NCBI GenBank assembly: GCA_001783215.1
Contig: MFRA01000005.1
Coordinates: 29,845-93,844, forward strand
Origin: Candidatus Magasanikbacteria bacterium RIFOXYD1_FULL_40_23
GTDB lineage: Bacteria > Patescibacteriota > Patescibacteriia > Magasanikbacterales > GWA2-37-8
Length of the DNA: 64,000 nucleotides
Reading direction: 5' to 3'
Shown: positions 55,106-64,000 of the stretch, in pieces
Numbering within the stretch: the first letter of the stretch is position 1
Layout of the letters: the number at the start of each line of letters is the position of its first letter
Program-made: the position numbers and the translations under genes
Notes under the pieces: generated by a model
What the model was told of the DNA's origin: nothing
The model's input: only the letters and a program-made list of their open reading frames with translations
The model's database searches: none

Positions 55106-55864
55106 CTAGGCCACGGCGGCCATGATGCTGGACTGCTCGAACTTGGGGTTCGTCAGCAGGGCGAAGATCCGGGCGAAGCGCTCGTGGCCGAGCTCGCTGG
55201 ACTGCCACCCCTTCTGGTCCAGCTCGGCCTGCGTGTACTTCTGGGCGCAGGAGCCGTTGCGGGCGATGGTGACGTTGCCGTCCTTGTCGATGTGGTAGAC
55301 GGTGGCGCTCTTCTTCTTGGCACCATCGAGGAACACCAGGGCGATCAGCATGCCGCCGCTGACCTTCCAGATGACGGGGGTCATCGCCATGTTGGTGGCG
55401 TTGAACTCGTCGGTGGCGGGGTCGTTCTCCATGACCTTCCCCTGGAGGGCGGGCAAGCTGCCCGGGTACTGGAGGGAGACCGTGGTCTCGCCGGCGGTGA
55501 TCTTGATGGTCTCCATCGGCTGCGCGTTGCGCTTCTTCTGGGCCTTGTCCAGCCGGTGACCCACCAGGAGCCAGTGCCGCATGTTGCGCAGCTCCTGCCG
55601 CTCCCAGTAGGGCGAGCATGCCTTCTGCCGGATGCCGAAGTTCAGCTCGATCTTCGCCGCGACCTCGGGGCACATCGGGCAGACGATCCCGCTCCGCTCG
55701 TTGTGCAGGAACGGGCGCTTGCCACCCATGCAGAGGAAGTAGCTGTAGTTCTCGAGCGCGTACAAGGCGCCGGTCTCGGTGATGGCCTTCGTCGTGAAGG
55801 TCTGGCGCATGGTGCGCGCGTGCGAGGGGGTGAGCTTGTACGAGTCCTGGCTCATGGTGATCAT
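55106..55864 (-). CDS. GC-rich hypothetical protein of foreign origin
   Basis: AAGGAG before ATG 55864, third positions almost all G/C, C...CPMC...C cluster. Confidence 0.75.
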   Translation of the reverse strand: MITMSQDSYKLTPSHARTMRQTFTTKAITETGALYALENYSYFLCMGGKRPFLHNERSGIVCPMCPEVAAKIELNFGIRQKACSPYWERQELRNMRHWLLVGHRLDKAQKKRNAQPMETIKITAGETTVSLQYPGSLPALQGKVMENDPATDEFNATNMAMTPVIWKVSGGMLIALVFLDGAKKKSATVYHIDKDGNVTIARNGSCAQKYTQAELDQKGWQSSELGHERFARIFALLTNPKFEQSSIMAAVA

Positions 55865-56133
55865 AGCAGTCTCCTTGGCGGTCGAAACGTCGTGTTGGTA
55901 ACCCTGAAACAGGGTCACCTATGGAAAAAATGGGATTTCTCCCTGTTTTGGAGGCCCTAATTAAGGCATCTAAAGCAGGGAAAAACCGTGTTTTAGTGAT
56001 AAATTGTAAAGAAAATGTTGCATATAGCAACCAAACAATATACCACAAAAAAGCCCTTTTGTCAACCCCTTAATCCAACACTCAACTATTGTTTTTGGTG
56101 CCTTTCTATGTTATATATACTCATATCATTTAT

Positions 56134-56949
56134 ATGTTTTTAGATATTATAAAAGCTATAACCTTAGGTTTGGTAGAGGGCATTACCGAGTTTCTGCCCA
56201 TTTCTTCTACCGGTCATCTTATTATAGTAAATAAATGGCTAAGTTTTGCGCCATCATTTACAGTTATGTTTGATGTGGTAATCCAGCTCGGCGCGATTTT
56301 AGCTGTAATAGTAGTATTTTGGAAAAAGCTTTGGCCATTCGGTAAAGATGAAGCAAGCAAGTCTACTACATTAAATGTGCTTAGTTTACATATCTGGTAC
56401 AAGACAATTTTGGCCGTGTTGCCGGCATTAGTTTTGGGAGCATTGTTTGGAAGTTTTATAGAAGAAAAATTATTTAATCCATTGGTAGTCGCTGTTGCTT
56501 TAATTTTGGGTGGTGTGGTATTAATTGTCATAGAAAAAAGAAGGGTTGCTACACCGGTAAAGTTTACTTCGGAAATTTCTTATCGCACTGCTTTTTTAAT
56601 CGGTCTATTCCAATGTTTGGCTATGGTGCCAGGCACATCACGCGCAGCCGCCACAATTATCGGGGCAATGCTCTTGGGTGCAAGCAGAGTGGTGGCGGTA
56701 GAGTTTTCTTTTTTCTTGGCAATACCTACAATGCTGGCCGCTACGGCATATAGTTTGCTTAAGTATAATGCCAGTATTGGTATCAGCGAAGTTATAATTT
56801 TAGGTGTTGGTTTTATGGCAGCGTTTTTTACCGCCCTAGCTGTAATTAAATTTTTGTTAAATTATATTCAGAATAATAATTTCAAAGCGTTTGGTTATTA
56901 CCGTATTGGTTTGGGAGTTCTCATATTATTATTTTTTACAATATTATAA
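56134..56949 (+). CDS. uppP: Undecaprenyl-diphosphatase
   Basis: VEGITEFLPISSTGH, IQLGAILA, PGTSR, EFSFFLAIP. Confidence 0.96.
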   Translation: MFLDIIKAITLGLVEGITEFLPISSTGHLIIVNKWLSFAPSFTVMFDVVIQLGAILAVIVVFWKKLWPFGKDEASKSTTLNVLSLHIWYKTILAVLPALVLGALFGSFIEEKLFNPLVVAVALILGGVVLIVIEKRRVATPVKFTSEISYRTAFLIGLFQCLAMVPGTSRAAATIIGAMLLGASRVVAVEFSFFLAIPTMLAATAYSLLKYNASIGISEVIILGVGFMAAFFTALAVIKFLLNYIQNNNFKAFGYYRIGLGVLILLFFTIL

Positions 56950-56952
56950 TTT

Positions 56953-57885
56953 ATGAATAATTACGAAATACTTTTATATTATAAATACGTGCACATTTCC
57001 GATCCGGATGAGTTTGCAGAAAAACACAGGTTGCTTTGTGAGAAGTTAGGATTTAAGGGGCGAATAATAATTACTGAAGAAGGTATAAACGGAACGGTAG
57101 AGGGGTTAAAAGAGAACACTCAAAAATATATAGATGAAATAACCAAGGACGCCAGGTTTGCCGACATGAATTTTAAAAGAAGTGAAGGTACCGGTAACGC
57201 TTTTCCTAAACTGTCTGTAAAGTCTCGTACCGAAATTGTAAGTGCTCATTTGGGAGAAGATGATGTAAATCCAAATGTGATGACTGGTAAATATTTGCCA
57301 GTCGAAGAATTGCACAAATGGATTCACAGCGATAAAGAATTTTATATTGTAGACATGCGCAATGACTACGAGCATTCAGTTGGATTTTTTAAAGATTCTA
57401 TTTTACCGCCACTAAAAAACTTCCGTGATTTGCCAAAAATTTTGCCAACGCTTGCGCACCTAAAAGATAAAACAGTGGTTACGGTTTGTACCGGAGGAGT
57501 TCGTTGTGAGAAAGCCTCTGGGTTTTTGGTTAAACACGGCTTCAAGGATGTTTATCAACTCCACAACGGAATTGTGTCTTATATGGAAAAGTATCCAAAC
57601 GAAGATTTTTTGGGGAAGCTTTATGTTTTTGATGGGCGAGTAACTATGGGTTTTAATACTCCTGATAAAGAGCCTGTGGTAGTAGGGAAATGCCGAAAAT
57701 GCGGGGTGAGTAGCGAACACTTTGTAAATTGCTTCCAGCCAAGTTGTCATGATCACTTTATTTGTTGTGAAAAATGTTTGAGTAAGAACGGTCAAGCATT
57801 TTGTAATTGGAAATGTGCTTTTATCAAAAAGATGCGAGATACTTTTCCAATTTTTAGGCACAGTGTAAAGAAAAAGAAGGATTAA
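56953..57885 (+). CDS. trhO: Rhodanese-domain tRNA uridine hydroxylase (YceA family)
   Basis: LLYYKY, EGINGT, DMRNDYE, CTGGVRCEKAS, VFDGR. Confidence 0.9.
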   Translation: MNNYEILLYYKYVHISDPDEFAEKHRLLCEKLGFKGRIIITEEGINGTVEGLKENTQKYIDEITKDARFADMNFKRSEGTGNAFPKLSVKSRTEIVSAHLGEDDVNPNVMTGKYLPVEELHKWIHSDKEFYIVDMRNDYEHSVGFFKDSILPPLKNFRDLPKILPTLAHLKDKTVVTVCTGGVRCEKASGFLVKHGFKDVYQLHNGIVSYMEKYPNEDFLGKLYVFDGRVTMGFNTPDKEPVVVGKCRKCGVSSEHFVNCFQPSCHDHFICCEKCLSKNGQAFCNWKCAFIKKMRDTFPIFRHSVKKKKD

Positions 57886-57895
57886 CTGGTTTAGT

Positions 57896-57967
57896 TGTCA
57901 TTCTGAGTAAAGCGAAGAATCCCTCTTGTCCGAACGAAAGGGATCCTTCACTCCGTTCAGGATGACA
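57896..57967. repeat. REP-like GTCAT-family palindrome, full doublet
   Basis: TGTCATTCTGAGTAAAGCGAAGAATCCCT...AGGGATCCTTCACTCCGTTCAGGATGACA. Confidence 0.85.
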
Positions 57968-57979
57968 GCTTCAAATTAT

Positions 57980-58318
57980 ATGAAGATAATATCTGGAATA
58001 GTAATAGAAGGAAAAAAGAAGGGTAGAGAATTGGGTTTTCCGACCGCCAATATTATTTTATTAGAAAAAATGGATGGTGGAATTTATGCTGGCAAAACAA
58101 TTATTTCTGACAAAGAGTATTTGGGAGCGATATTTGTTTATCCGGGAGGAGATCTATTTGAAGTGCATATTTTGGATTTCGAAGGAGATTTATACGGGCA
58201 GGCGTTAAAAGTTCATGTAGGAGAAAAAGTAAGAGATTCCAAACAATTTGATAACGAAGAAGAGTTGAAGGTGCAGATTGTGGCGGATATTGATTATATT
58301 AAAAACTTAAAGTTTTAA
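57980..58318 (+). CDS. Monofunctional riboflavin kinase
   Basis: GRELGFPTAN, EVHILDF...LYG; no FAD-synthetase domain. Confidence 0.88.
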   Translation: MKIISGIVIEGKKKGRELGFPTANIILLEKMDGGIYAGKTIISDKEYLGAIFVYPGGDLFEVHILDFEGDLYGQALKVHVGEKVRDSKQFDNEEELKVQIVADIDYIKNLKF

Positions 58319-58320
58319 GT

Positions 58321-58905
58321 ATGTTTACAGGTATTATAAAGAAAACTTCTGTTATAAAAGATTTATATAAGAAAGGTGAGAACCTGTTTGCTTCTGTTAC
58401 TAAAGAAAAAGATTGGCCAGTAGAACTTGGGCAAAGCATTTCTATAAATGGTGTTTGTTCAACTGTAAAAAGTTTTGATAAAACAAGTTTTTTGGTGGAG
58501 TGGATGCCAGAGACCTTGAAAAAAACCAGTGTAAATAGTTTTAAAAAAGGCACAATGGTAAATTTGGAAACAAGTTTGAATATGAGCACCATGTTAGATG
58601 GTCATATTGTGCAGGGGCATGTAGATACGGTGGGTAAGGTGATAGAAATTAAACCAAAGAAAGATTCTAGAGTTATAAAAATAAAATTGCCGGCCAAATT
58701 TATGAAGTTTATTGCCGACAAAGGCTCGGTGGCAGTAGATGGTATAAGTTTAACCGTAGTAGATACTGGTCGAGATTGGTTTACAGTATCGCTTGTTAGC
58801 TACACAATTTCTCATACCAATTTTTTAAATACCAAAAAAGGCGATCTAGTAAATATAGAAACAGACGTGTTAGCGAAGTATATACACAAATTATTGAAGA
58901 AGTAG
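58321..58905 (+). CDS. ribE: Riboflavin synthase
   Basis: MFTGII, SINGVCSTV, GHIVQGHVD, KGSVAVDGISLTV. Confidence 0.95.
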   Translation: MFTGIIKKTSVIKDLYKKGENLFASVTKEKDWPVELGQSISINGVCSTVKSFDKTSFLVEWMPETLKKTSVNSFKKGTMVNLETSLNMSTMLDGHIVQGHVDTVGKVIEIKPKKDSRVIKIKLPAKFMKFIADKGSVAVDGISLTVVDTGRDWFTVSLVSYTISHTNFLNTKKGDLVNIETDVLAKYIHKLLKK

Positions 58906-58908
58906 TTT

Positions 58909-60231
58909 TTAGAGCGCCAAATCGGCAATATCTTTTTTGTATTTATCGGCCTGAGCCATTACGTTGTCGCCATAGAAACGATAACGAGTATTGGTTCCTC
59001 CGGAGAAGTAGCGCATTGCTGCTTTCCATTCACCATCACGTGTGCCATCGGCACCGTTGTTTTTTAATAATAGCGCGGCACCCATAAATGCATCTCGGAT
59101 ATCCCAAGGATCGGCTGGTTTTTTGCCTGTAATGGCGCTAACTTTGTCTTTGTAACCTATCCAAGTGGAAGGAATAAATTGAGCTGGACCCATAGCGCCA
59201 CCCCAACCAAGCTGGGAGCCGTCTTTGTTTTTCATAGGGCAGGATACTGGAGTAACATCTGGATCACGGCCAAGTTCTTCTACGATTTTTACAAATGGCT
59301 CTTGGTCGCGAGTTGGTTTCATAATTACCTTCCAGCCTTTTTCAGGTGGATCGCCTGGGCGATTGCAGGTGCCGACATTTTTGCCCAAGTTTGATTCTTG
59401 AGTAAGGATAGCAAGAAGAAAAGCAGCCGATACGCCGGTTTGTTTGTCTGTGGACTCCGCTATTTCTACTGCTTGGCCAAAAGTAATTTGGGTGCCTACG
59501 CCTAATAGTTCGTAGATGCGGCTTCGTATTTGGGCTGCATGTTTTTTGCTATCTTGGAGAAGGTTTTGGAATGTGGTTTCCAAGCCCTTTGTTTGCTCTA
59601 GTAGTTGGCTTTGCTCTTGGAGTTTGCCGCCCAGAGCGTTTTGTTGAATTTTTACAACACTAAGCAGTTTTTCGGCGTCATCTTGCTGGTCTTCGAAGTC
59701 TACTTGTTGCTGGCCTAGCTTTTTTTGTATTCCCTTTGATTCTTGTACGAGGTCATTTATAGAGGTAGACAACTTTTCGTAATTAGTTGCTTCTATAAAA
59801 GCTTTGTTTAGGCCGCTCTCTGCAAGAATATTAAGCAAAAATAAATCATTATCTTTTTGTTGCATTATGCGCAAGAGTTTGGCCAGCTCTATTCGTAAGT
59901 GGGCAATTTTTGCTTTGTTTACATCTATAGCTTTGGAAGTTTTAACTAGCTTGGTTTCTAGATCGTTTATTTTTACATTGGTAGATTTTATCTGTAGACG
60001 GAGTCTGGCTTCTTCGTTTTTAAGCTGTTTGATTTTATTGGCCAGAGTATTTTTTTCGCCTTTGGTAACGCTTAGTTGTTTTTCTAGTTCAGTAATTTGG
60101 TTTTCTATTGCAGTTAGTTCTGTTTCTAGTTGCTTACGTGTTTCTGTGTCGGTTTGGGCATAAACTTTTATACAAAAAACCACGCCAATTAGCGTTAGGA
60201 TTAAAGCAAACTTTTTAAAGTGTGGAAACAT
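58909..60231 (-). CDS. Coiled-coil lytic murein transglycosylase
   Basis: Signal peptide, long coiled coil, QES, GGAMGPAQFIPSTW. Confidence 0.88.
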   Translation of the reverse strand: MFPHFKKFALILTLIGVVFCIKVYAQTDTETRKQLETELTAIENQITELEKQLSVTKGEKNTLANKIKQLKNEEARLRLQIKSTNVKINDLETKLVKTSKAIDVNKAKIAHLRIELAKLLRIMQQKDNDLFLLNILAESGLNKAFIEATNYEKLSTSINDLVQESKGIQKKLGQQQVDFEDQQDDAEKLLSVVKIQQNALGGKLQEQSQLLEQTKGLETTFQNLLQDSKKHAAQIRSRIYELLGVGTQITFGQAVEIAESTDKQTGVSAAFLLAILTQESNLGKNVGTCNRPGDPPEKGWKVIMKPTRDQEPFVKIVEELGRDPDVTPVSCPMKNKDGSQLGWGGAMGPAQFIPSTWIGYKDKVSAITGKKPADPWDIRDAFMGAALLLKNNGADGTRDGEWKAAMRYFSGGTNTRYRFYGDNVMAQADKYKKDIADLAL

Positions 60232-60371
60232 ACTGCTTATATATAACTATACCCATTTGGTGAGCTTTCGTTACTGATAGAATATCAGTTTCGGTGCTAT
60301 TTTTCAACGGCAACAAGGCAATATTTAATGATTTTTGTTTCGTAGACAGTCGCAAGCTTTCTTGTTATAGT

Positions 60372-61697
60372 ATGGTAGTTATTTATGGGTTTATGTTGAT
60401 TTTGGCAGTGGCTTATTTTTTACTTTTTACCTGTGTAGCTTTGCATAATTTTCGCTGGGCTATTTTTGCTTTTATCCTCTTACTACCTTCGTATCTTATA
60501 CGTTTTGATGTTTTTTATTTTAAAAAGATAGTTTTTCCTTCCACAGTTTTGGAACTGTCTTTTGGGGCGATTTTCTTGGTTTGGCTTATCAAATATAGTA
60601 GGACAGATTGGTCAAAAATTTGGGCTATAGCCAAAAAACATATCTGGTTCTTTGTCGCCTTTGATTTATTTTTTATATCCTCTGTAGTGAGTATTTTTGT
60701 TAGTGATATGCCCATACCATCGCTGGGCGAGTGGCGCGCGTTTTTCTTGGAGCCAATGATTTTCTTTTTAATTTTAATTGGAAGAAAGGAAATTTTTAAA
60801 ACAAAAGATTTATTTTTGGCTTTGGCTTTTTCTACCCTGAGTATTAGTGTTTTTGCAGTTGCGCAAAAGTTTACTGGTTGGGGGATAGCTACGCCAGAAT
60901 GGTCGGCTGCAGCCACACGACGAGTAACTGCGTTTTTTAGTTCCCCCAATGCAGTTGGTTTGTATCTGGCACCTGTTTTTATGTTAATAGTCGCAGTAAT
61001 AGCTTCTTATGGACGAGACATTAAAGGTTTATTACGACGTCCATCGTATTTGGGGATTGTTGCGACAGCACTTTTTTGTGTATTAGCCATAACGTTTACC
61101 AAATCTCAGGGTACGTGGATAGGTTTGGGTGCGGGAATGCTGACATTTTTGTTTTTTGTAGATTATAAAAAATTGGCTATTGCTTTGGCTGTGGCTGGTG
61201 CAGTGTTTGCTTTGGTGGTGCCATCTATGCGACAGGCAGTCTTGTTTCAAGACCAAGCAAATCAGAATCGCCTAAGACTTTGGGGTTACTCCTGGACATT
61301 TTTGGAAGCATCTCCAAAAAACTTTGTTTTGGGTACAGGAGTGCGTCAGTTTTTTAGAAAAATACAAAAACCGTACTATGACAAGTATGTTATGGAGCGA
61401 CTTATCTATCCGCATAATATATTTCTTAATTTTTGGACAGAGATCGGTTTGGTGGGCATGCTAGCAGTTATGGGGGTACTTGCCTATGTTTTTTGTTTGG
61501 CAAATAGAATCAGAAAAAATAATAAATTAATTGGAGCTGGGCTTATGTCTGCGCTTGTTGTTTTGGTAGTGCATGGGCTAGTCGATGTGCCTTATTTTAA
61601 AAACGACTTAGCGTTTTTGTTTTGGATTTTAATGACGACGGTGTTTATCTTGTATGAAAATATATATAAAAGCGAAGCCGAACTCATACGAGGATAA
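60372..61697 (+). CDS. O-antigen ligase (Wzy_C) family membrane protein
   Basis: RVTAFFSSPN, TKSQG, PHNIFLNFWTEIG, HGLVD. Confidence 0.88.
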   Translation: MVVIYGFMLILAVAYFLLFTCVALHNFRWAIFAFILLLPSYLIRFDVFYFKKIVFPSTVLELSFGAIFLVWLIKYSRTDWSKIWAIAKKHIWFFVAFDLFFISSVVSIFVSDMPIPSLGEWRAFFLEPMIFFLILIGRKEIFKTKDLFLALAFSTLSISVFAVAQKFTGWGIATPEWSAAATRRVTAFFSSPNAVGLYLAPVFMLIVAVIASYGRDIKGLLRRPSYLGIVATALFCVLAITFTKSQGTWIGLGAGMLTFLFFVDYKKLAIALAVAGAVFALVVPSMRQAVLFQDQANQNRLRLWGYSWTFLEASPKNFVLGTGVRQFFRKIQKPYYDKYVMERLIYPHNIFLNFWTEIGLVGMLAVMGVLAYVFCLANRIRKNNKLIGAGLMSALVVLVVHGLVDVPYFKNDLAFLFWILMTTVFILYENIYKSEAELIRG

Positions 61698-61872
61698 AGT
61701 AGAAAAGATAGATGATACGCATTTTGTAGTGGCAGTAAAAGAGCCACCGCAAAATGGGTTGGCCAACAAAGGCATATGCAGAACCTTGGCAAAATATTTT
61801 GAGGTATCGCAATCAATGGTGGTGGTAAAAAAAGGATTTACGAGTAAAAATAAAATTATTGAGATATTGTGA
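61654..61872 (+). CDS. DUF167 family protein
   Basis: KAKPNS, VKEPPQNGLAN, GFTSKNK. Confidence 0.88.
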   Translation: MKIYIKAKPNSYEDKVEKIDDTHFVVAVKEPPQNGLANKGICRTLAKYFEVSQSMVVVKKGFTSKNKIIEIL

Positions 61873-61930
61873 TTTACATTAATCCACCTTTTGTAACTAC
61901 AACTCATCACCCCATTTTGTCAGCAAAAAC

Positions 61931-62333
61931 ATCTTTGCCGCTTTCTTTAGTAGAAAGCGGCGGAAAGAATCGCTCACGGTGGAAACTATCGGATAATTTA
62001 TGACTCATTGTCTCTTCCGCCCTAAACTCGCTTGCGAGCTCAAGCATAGGGCGGATTCCGCCAAGGAACCGTTCCAATTCACCTATAAATTGCACCGCTA
62101 GTTTCCAATGTTCGCCTAGACAATCGACGGACAACGGCTCGCTATCCGAGCATATGGCGAGCGATGCTACTGGCCACGGTGAGGGTGAGCAGTGCCTTCT
62201 TTAAGGCACAGGTAGTCATAAGGTAGTTTGCTGATTGACTACCTGAGCGAACCTGAGCCGATTGGCAGTAGCGGAGTGAGACATCAGCTCGGAAACTTTT
62301 CCCTCCAGCTTTTGGTTACAAAAGGTGGAAAAC
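61931..62333 (+). ncRNA. ~400-nt structured non-coding repeat element, copy 2
   Basis: 3' half nearly identical to copy 1, 5' half diverged with stems preserved. Confidence 0.75.
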
Positions 62334-62435
62334 GTACTTCTACTAAAGAAGTGACAAGTAAAAGGTTTTTGGTTCCAAAAGGTGGAAATGAGGGTTTGTT
62401 AAAAAGAAAAAGATTTAAATTTTAATTGAAATAGT

Positions 62436-63575
62436 ATGGATAAAGTATATAAAGACTCGCTCAAGCTCCACAAAAAATTCCATGGAAAATTGGAATTGAA
62501 AAGTAAAGTACCAATAAAAAATAAAGCAGATCTTTCTCTTGCTTATACTCCAGGAGTAGCGCAGGTATGCCGTGAAATTGGCAAAGACAAAAGTTTGGCG
62601 CGTGAATATACTATAAAGAAAAATACCGTAGCTGTAATTTCTGATGGCTCGGCAATTTTGGGTTTGGGAAATCTGGGCCCAGAAGCAGCTATTCCAGTAA
62701 TGGAAGGTAAGGCTGTGCTATTTAAAGAGTTTGGGGGAGTGGATGCGTTTCCAATTTGTTTGGATACTCAGGATACGGAAGAGATTATTAAAACTGTAAA
62801 ATATTTGGCGCCGGTATTTGGTGGTATAAATCTAGAAGATATCTCTGCGCCAAGATGTTTTGAAATAGAAGAAAGATTAAAAAAGGAAATGTCTATTCCG
62901 GTAATGCACGACGATCAGCACGGTACAGCGGTGGTGGTGCTTGCTGCTATGATAAATGCGTTAAAGATAAAAAGATTAGATAAAAGCAAGGCTAAAGTAG
63001 TAATTAGCGGCGCGGGTGCAGCAGGTACAGCTGTAGCCAAAATTTTGATGAACTATGGTTTTAAAAATGTATCTGTTTGTGATAGCAAAGGTTTAATTTA
63101 CAAAGAGAGAGGGGATTTAAATAATGCAAAGTTGGACTTGGCTATTCTTACCGGCGCCAGCGCAGTACCGGATATTAGTCTAAAGGGTGTGTTGAAAAAT
63201 ACGGATGTATTTATTGGGGTAAGTGGTCCAAATATCATAACTCGTGCCGAAGTGAAGAGTATGAATGCAAAGCCGATTATTTTGGTGCTCGCCAATCCGG
63301 TGCCGGAAATTATGCCAGATGAAGCTAGGGCAGGTGGCGCATTTATTATTGGTACTGGCAGATCCGACTTTCCTAATCAAATAAATAATGTGTTGGCCTT
63401 CCCGGGAATATTTAGAGGGGCGTTGGATAATAAAGTAACTCAGATTACAGAAGAGATGCTGGTAAAAGCGGCCAAGAATTTGGCAAACTATGTAAAGAAA
63501 CCAAGCAGAGAAAATATTTTGCCAAAGCCGTTTGATAAAGGTGTGGCCAAGGCGGTGGCTAAAGCCATTAGGTAA
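62436..63575 (+). CDS. NAD(P)-dependent malic enzyme
   Basis: LAYTPGVA, PVMEGKA, NLEDISAP, HDDQHGT, GRSDFPNQINN. Confidence 0.95.
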   Translation: MDKVYKDSLKLHKKFHGKLELKSKVPIKNKADLSLAYTPGVAQVCREIGKDKSLAREYTIKKNTVAVISDGSAILGLGNLGPEAAIPVMEGKAVLFKEFGGVDAFPICLDTQDTEEIIKTVKYLAPVFGGINLEDISAPRCFEIEERLKKEMSIPVMHDDQHGTAVVVLAAMINALKIKRLDKSKAKVVISGAGAAGTAVAKILMNYGFKNVSVCDSKGLIYKERGDLNNAKLDLAILTGASAVPDISLKGVLKNTDVFIGVSGPNIITRAEVKSMNAKPIILVLANPVPEIMPDEARAGGAFIIGTGRSDFPNQINNVLAFPGIFRGALDNKVTQITEEMLVKAAKNLANYVKKPSRENILPKPFDKGVAKAVAKAIR

Positions 63576-63589
63576 TAATTATAAACTTA

Positions 63590-63632
63590 GTTAAAACAAA
63601 AAACCAAGCACAAGACTTGGTTTTTTGTTTTA
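63590..63632. terminator. Bidirectional terminator
   Basis: TAAAACAAAAAACCAAG...CTTGGTTTTTTGTTTTA between convergent genes. Confidence 0.78.
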
Positions 63633-63646
63633 TGTTTGGATTAATT

Positions 63647-64000
63647 TTATACTTCTGATTTTGGCGATTCTATTTCTTGTTCTTGCAGAGAGGTATTTTT
63701 ATTTTTTCTCAACGAGAATAGGCTCATACTAAATAGTAGGGTAGAGGTAGTAGCAGAAACCATGCAGTATATACACAAAGCTTTGATAACAAATATTTGT
63801 AGATATACGAATCGTGCGGAGACTAAGAATCCAAAGAAAGTAAGAATATTTGCGAGAAGGAAAAATGTTCTGTTTTTACTCTCTAGGTATATAGCGGTAA
63901 GTAATAAAACAGACAGGTAATAAAGAGATCCTGCCAACGCTACAGGTTGTCCAAAAAACAAAGAGTAGTGGCTAGTAGTTACTTGTTCGCAACCTTTTAG
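63647..64000 (-). CDS. VKOR-family thiol oxidoreductase (5' end outside window)
   Basis: CEQVTTSHYS, PVALAG, QIFVIKALCIYC. Confidence 0.88.
   Translation of the reverse strand, partial: LKGCEQVTTSHYSLFFGQPVALAGSLYYLSVLLLTAIYLESKNRTFFLLANILTFFGFLVSARFVYLQIFVIKALCIYCMVSATTSTLLFSMSLFSLRKNKNTSLQEQEIESPKSEV

Noticed and set aside
55038-56048. Long overlapping ORFs (336 aa minus, 289 aa plus) across the GC-rich island
   Set aside because: Expected shadow frames of GC-rich DNA; only the 55864-55106 frame has an SD and G/C-biased third positions.
61907-62425. Short ORFs within copy 2 of the large element
   Set aside because: Not preserved in copy 1, where indels and stem-preserving changes point to structural rather than coding constraint.

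Overview
AT-rich bacterial chromosome segment containing the replication origin (yidD-rnpA-rpmH divergent from dnaA-oriC-dnaN). Gene content, the lack of recF/gyrB/yidC at the origin and SD-less starts on core genes point to a Patescibacteria (CPR) organism; that assignment is inference. It carries housekeeping, envelope and repair genes (hppA, tig, nfo, PBP1A, comM, lspA, uppP, trhO, msrB, ribE, malic enzyme), two tRNA-Ser genes each followed by a tRNA-end-duplicating insert and accessory genes, a CsoR-controlled copper island (about 44.3-54.9 kb), and many stand-alone orphan genes, two of them strikingly GC-rich. The most unusual signals are non-coding. (1) An ~80-bp asymmetric repeat in at least 9 copies; six end exactly at an ATG and one splits an Mta/TipA-like MerR gene at an internal Met with the geometry of a translational-bypass element. 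(2) A ~410-nt ORF-less element in two copies with clear compensatory base changes. (3) A ~335-nt promoter- and terminator-bounded ncRNA candidate beside a second DnaA-box cluster. (4) GTCAT...ATGAC REP-like palindromes. No CRISPR array, transposase, integrase or reverse transcriptase was seen. All calls are from reading the sequence; no searches were run.
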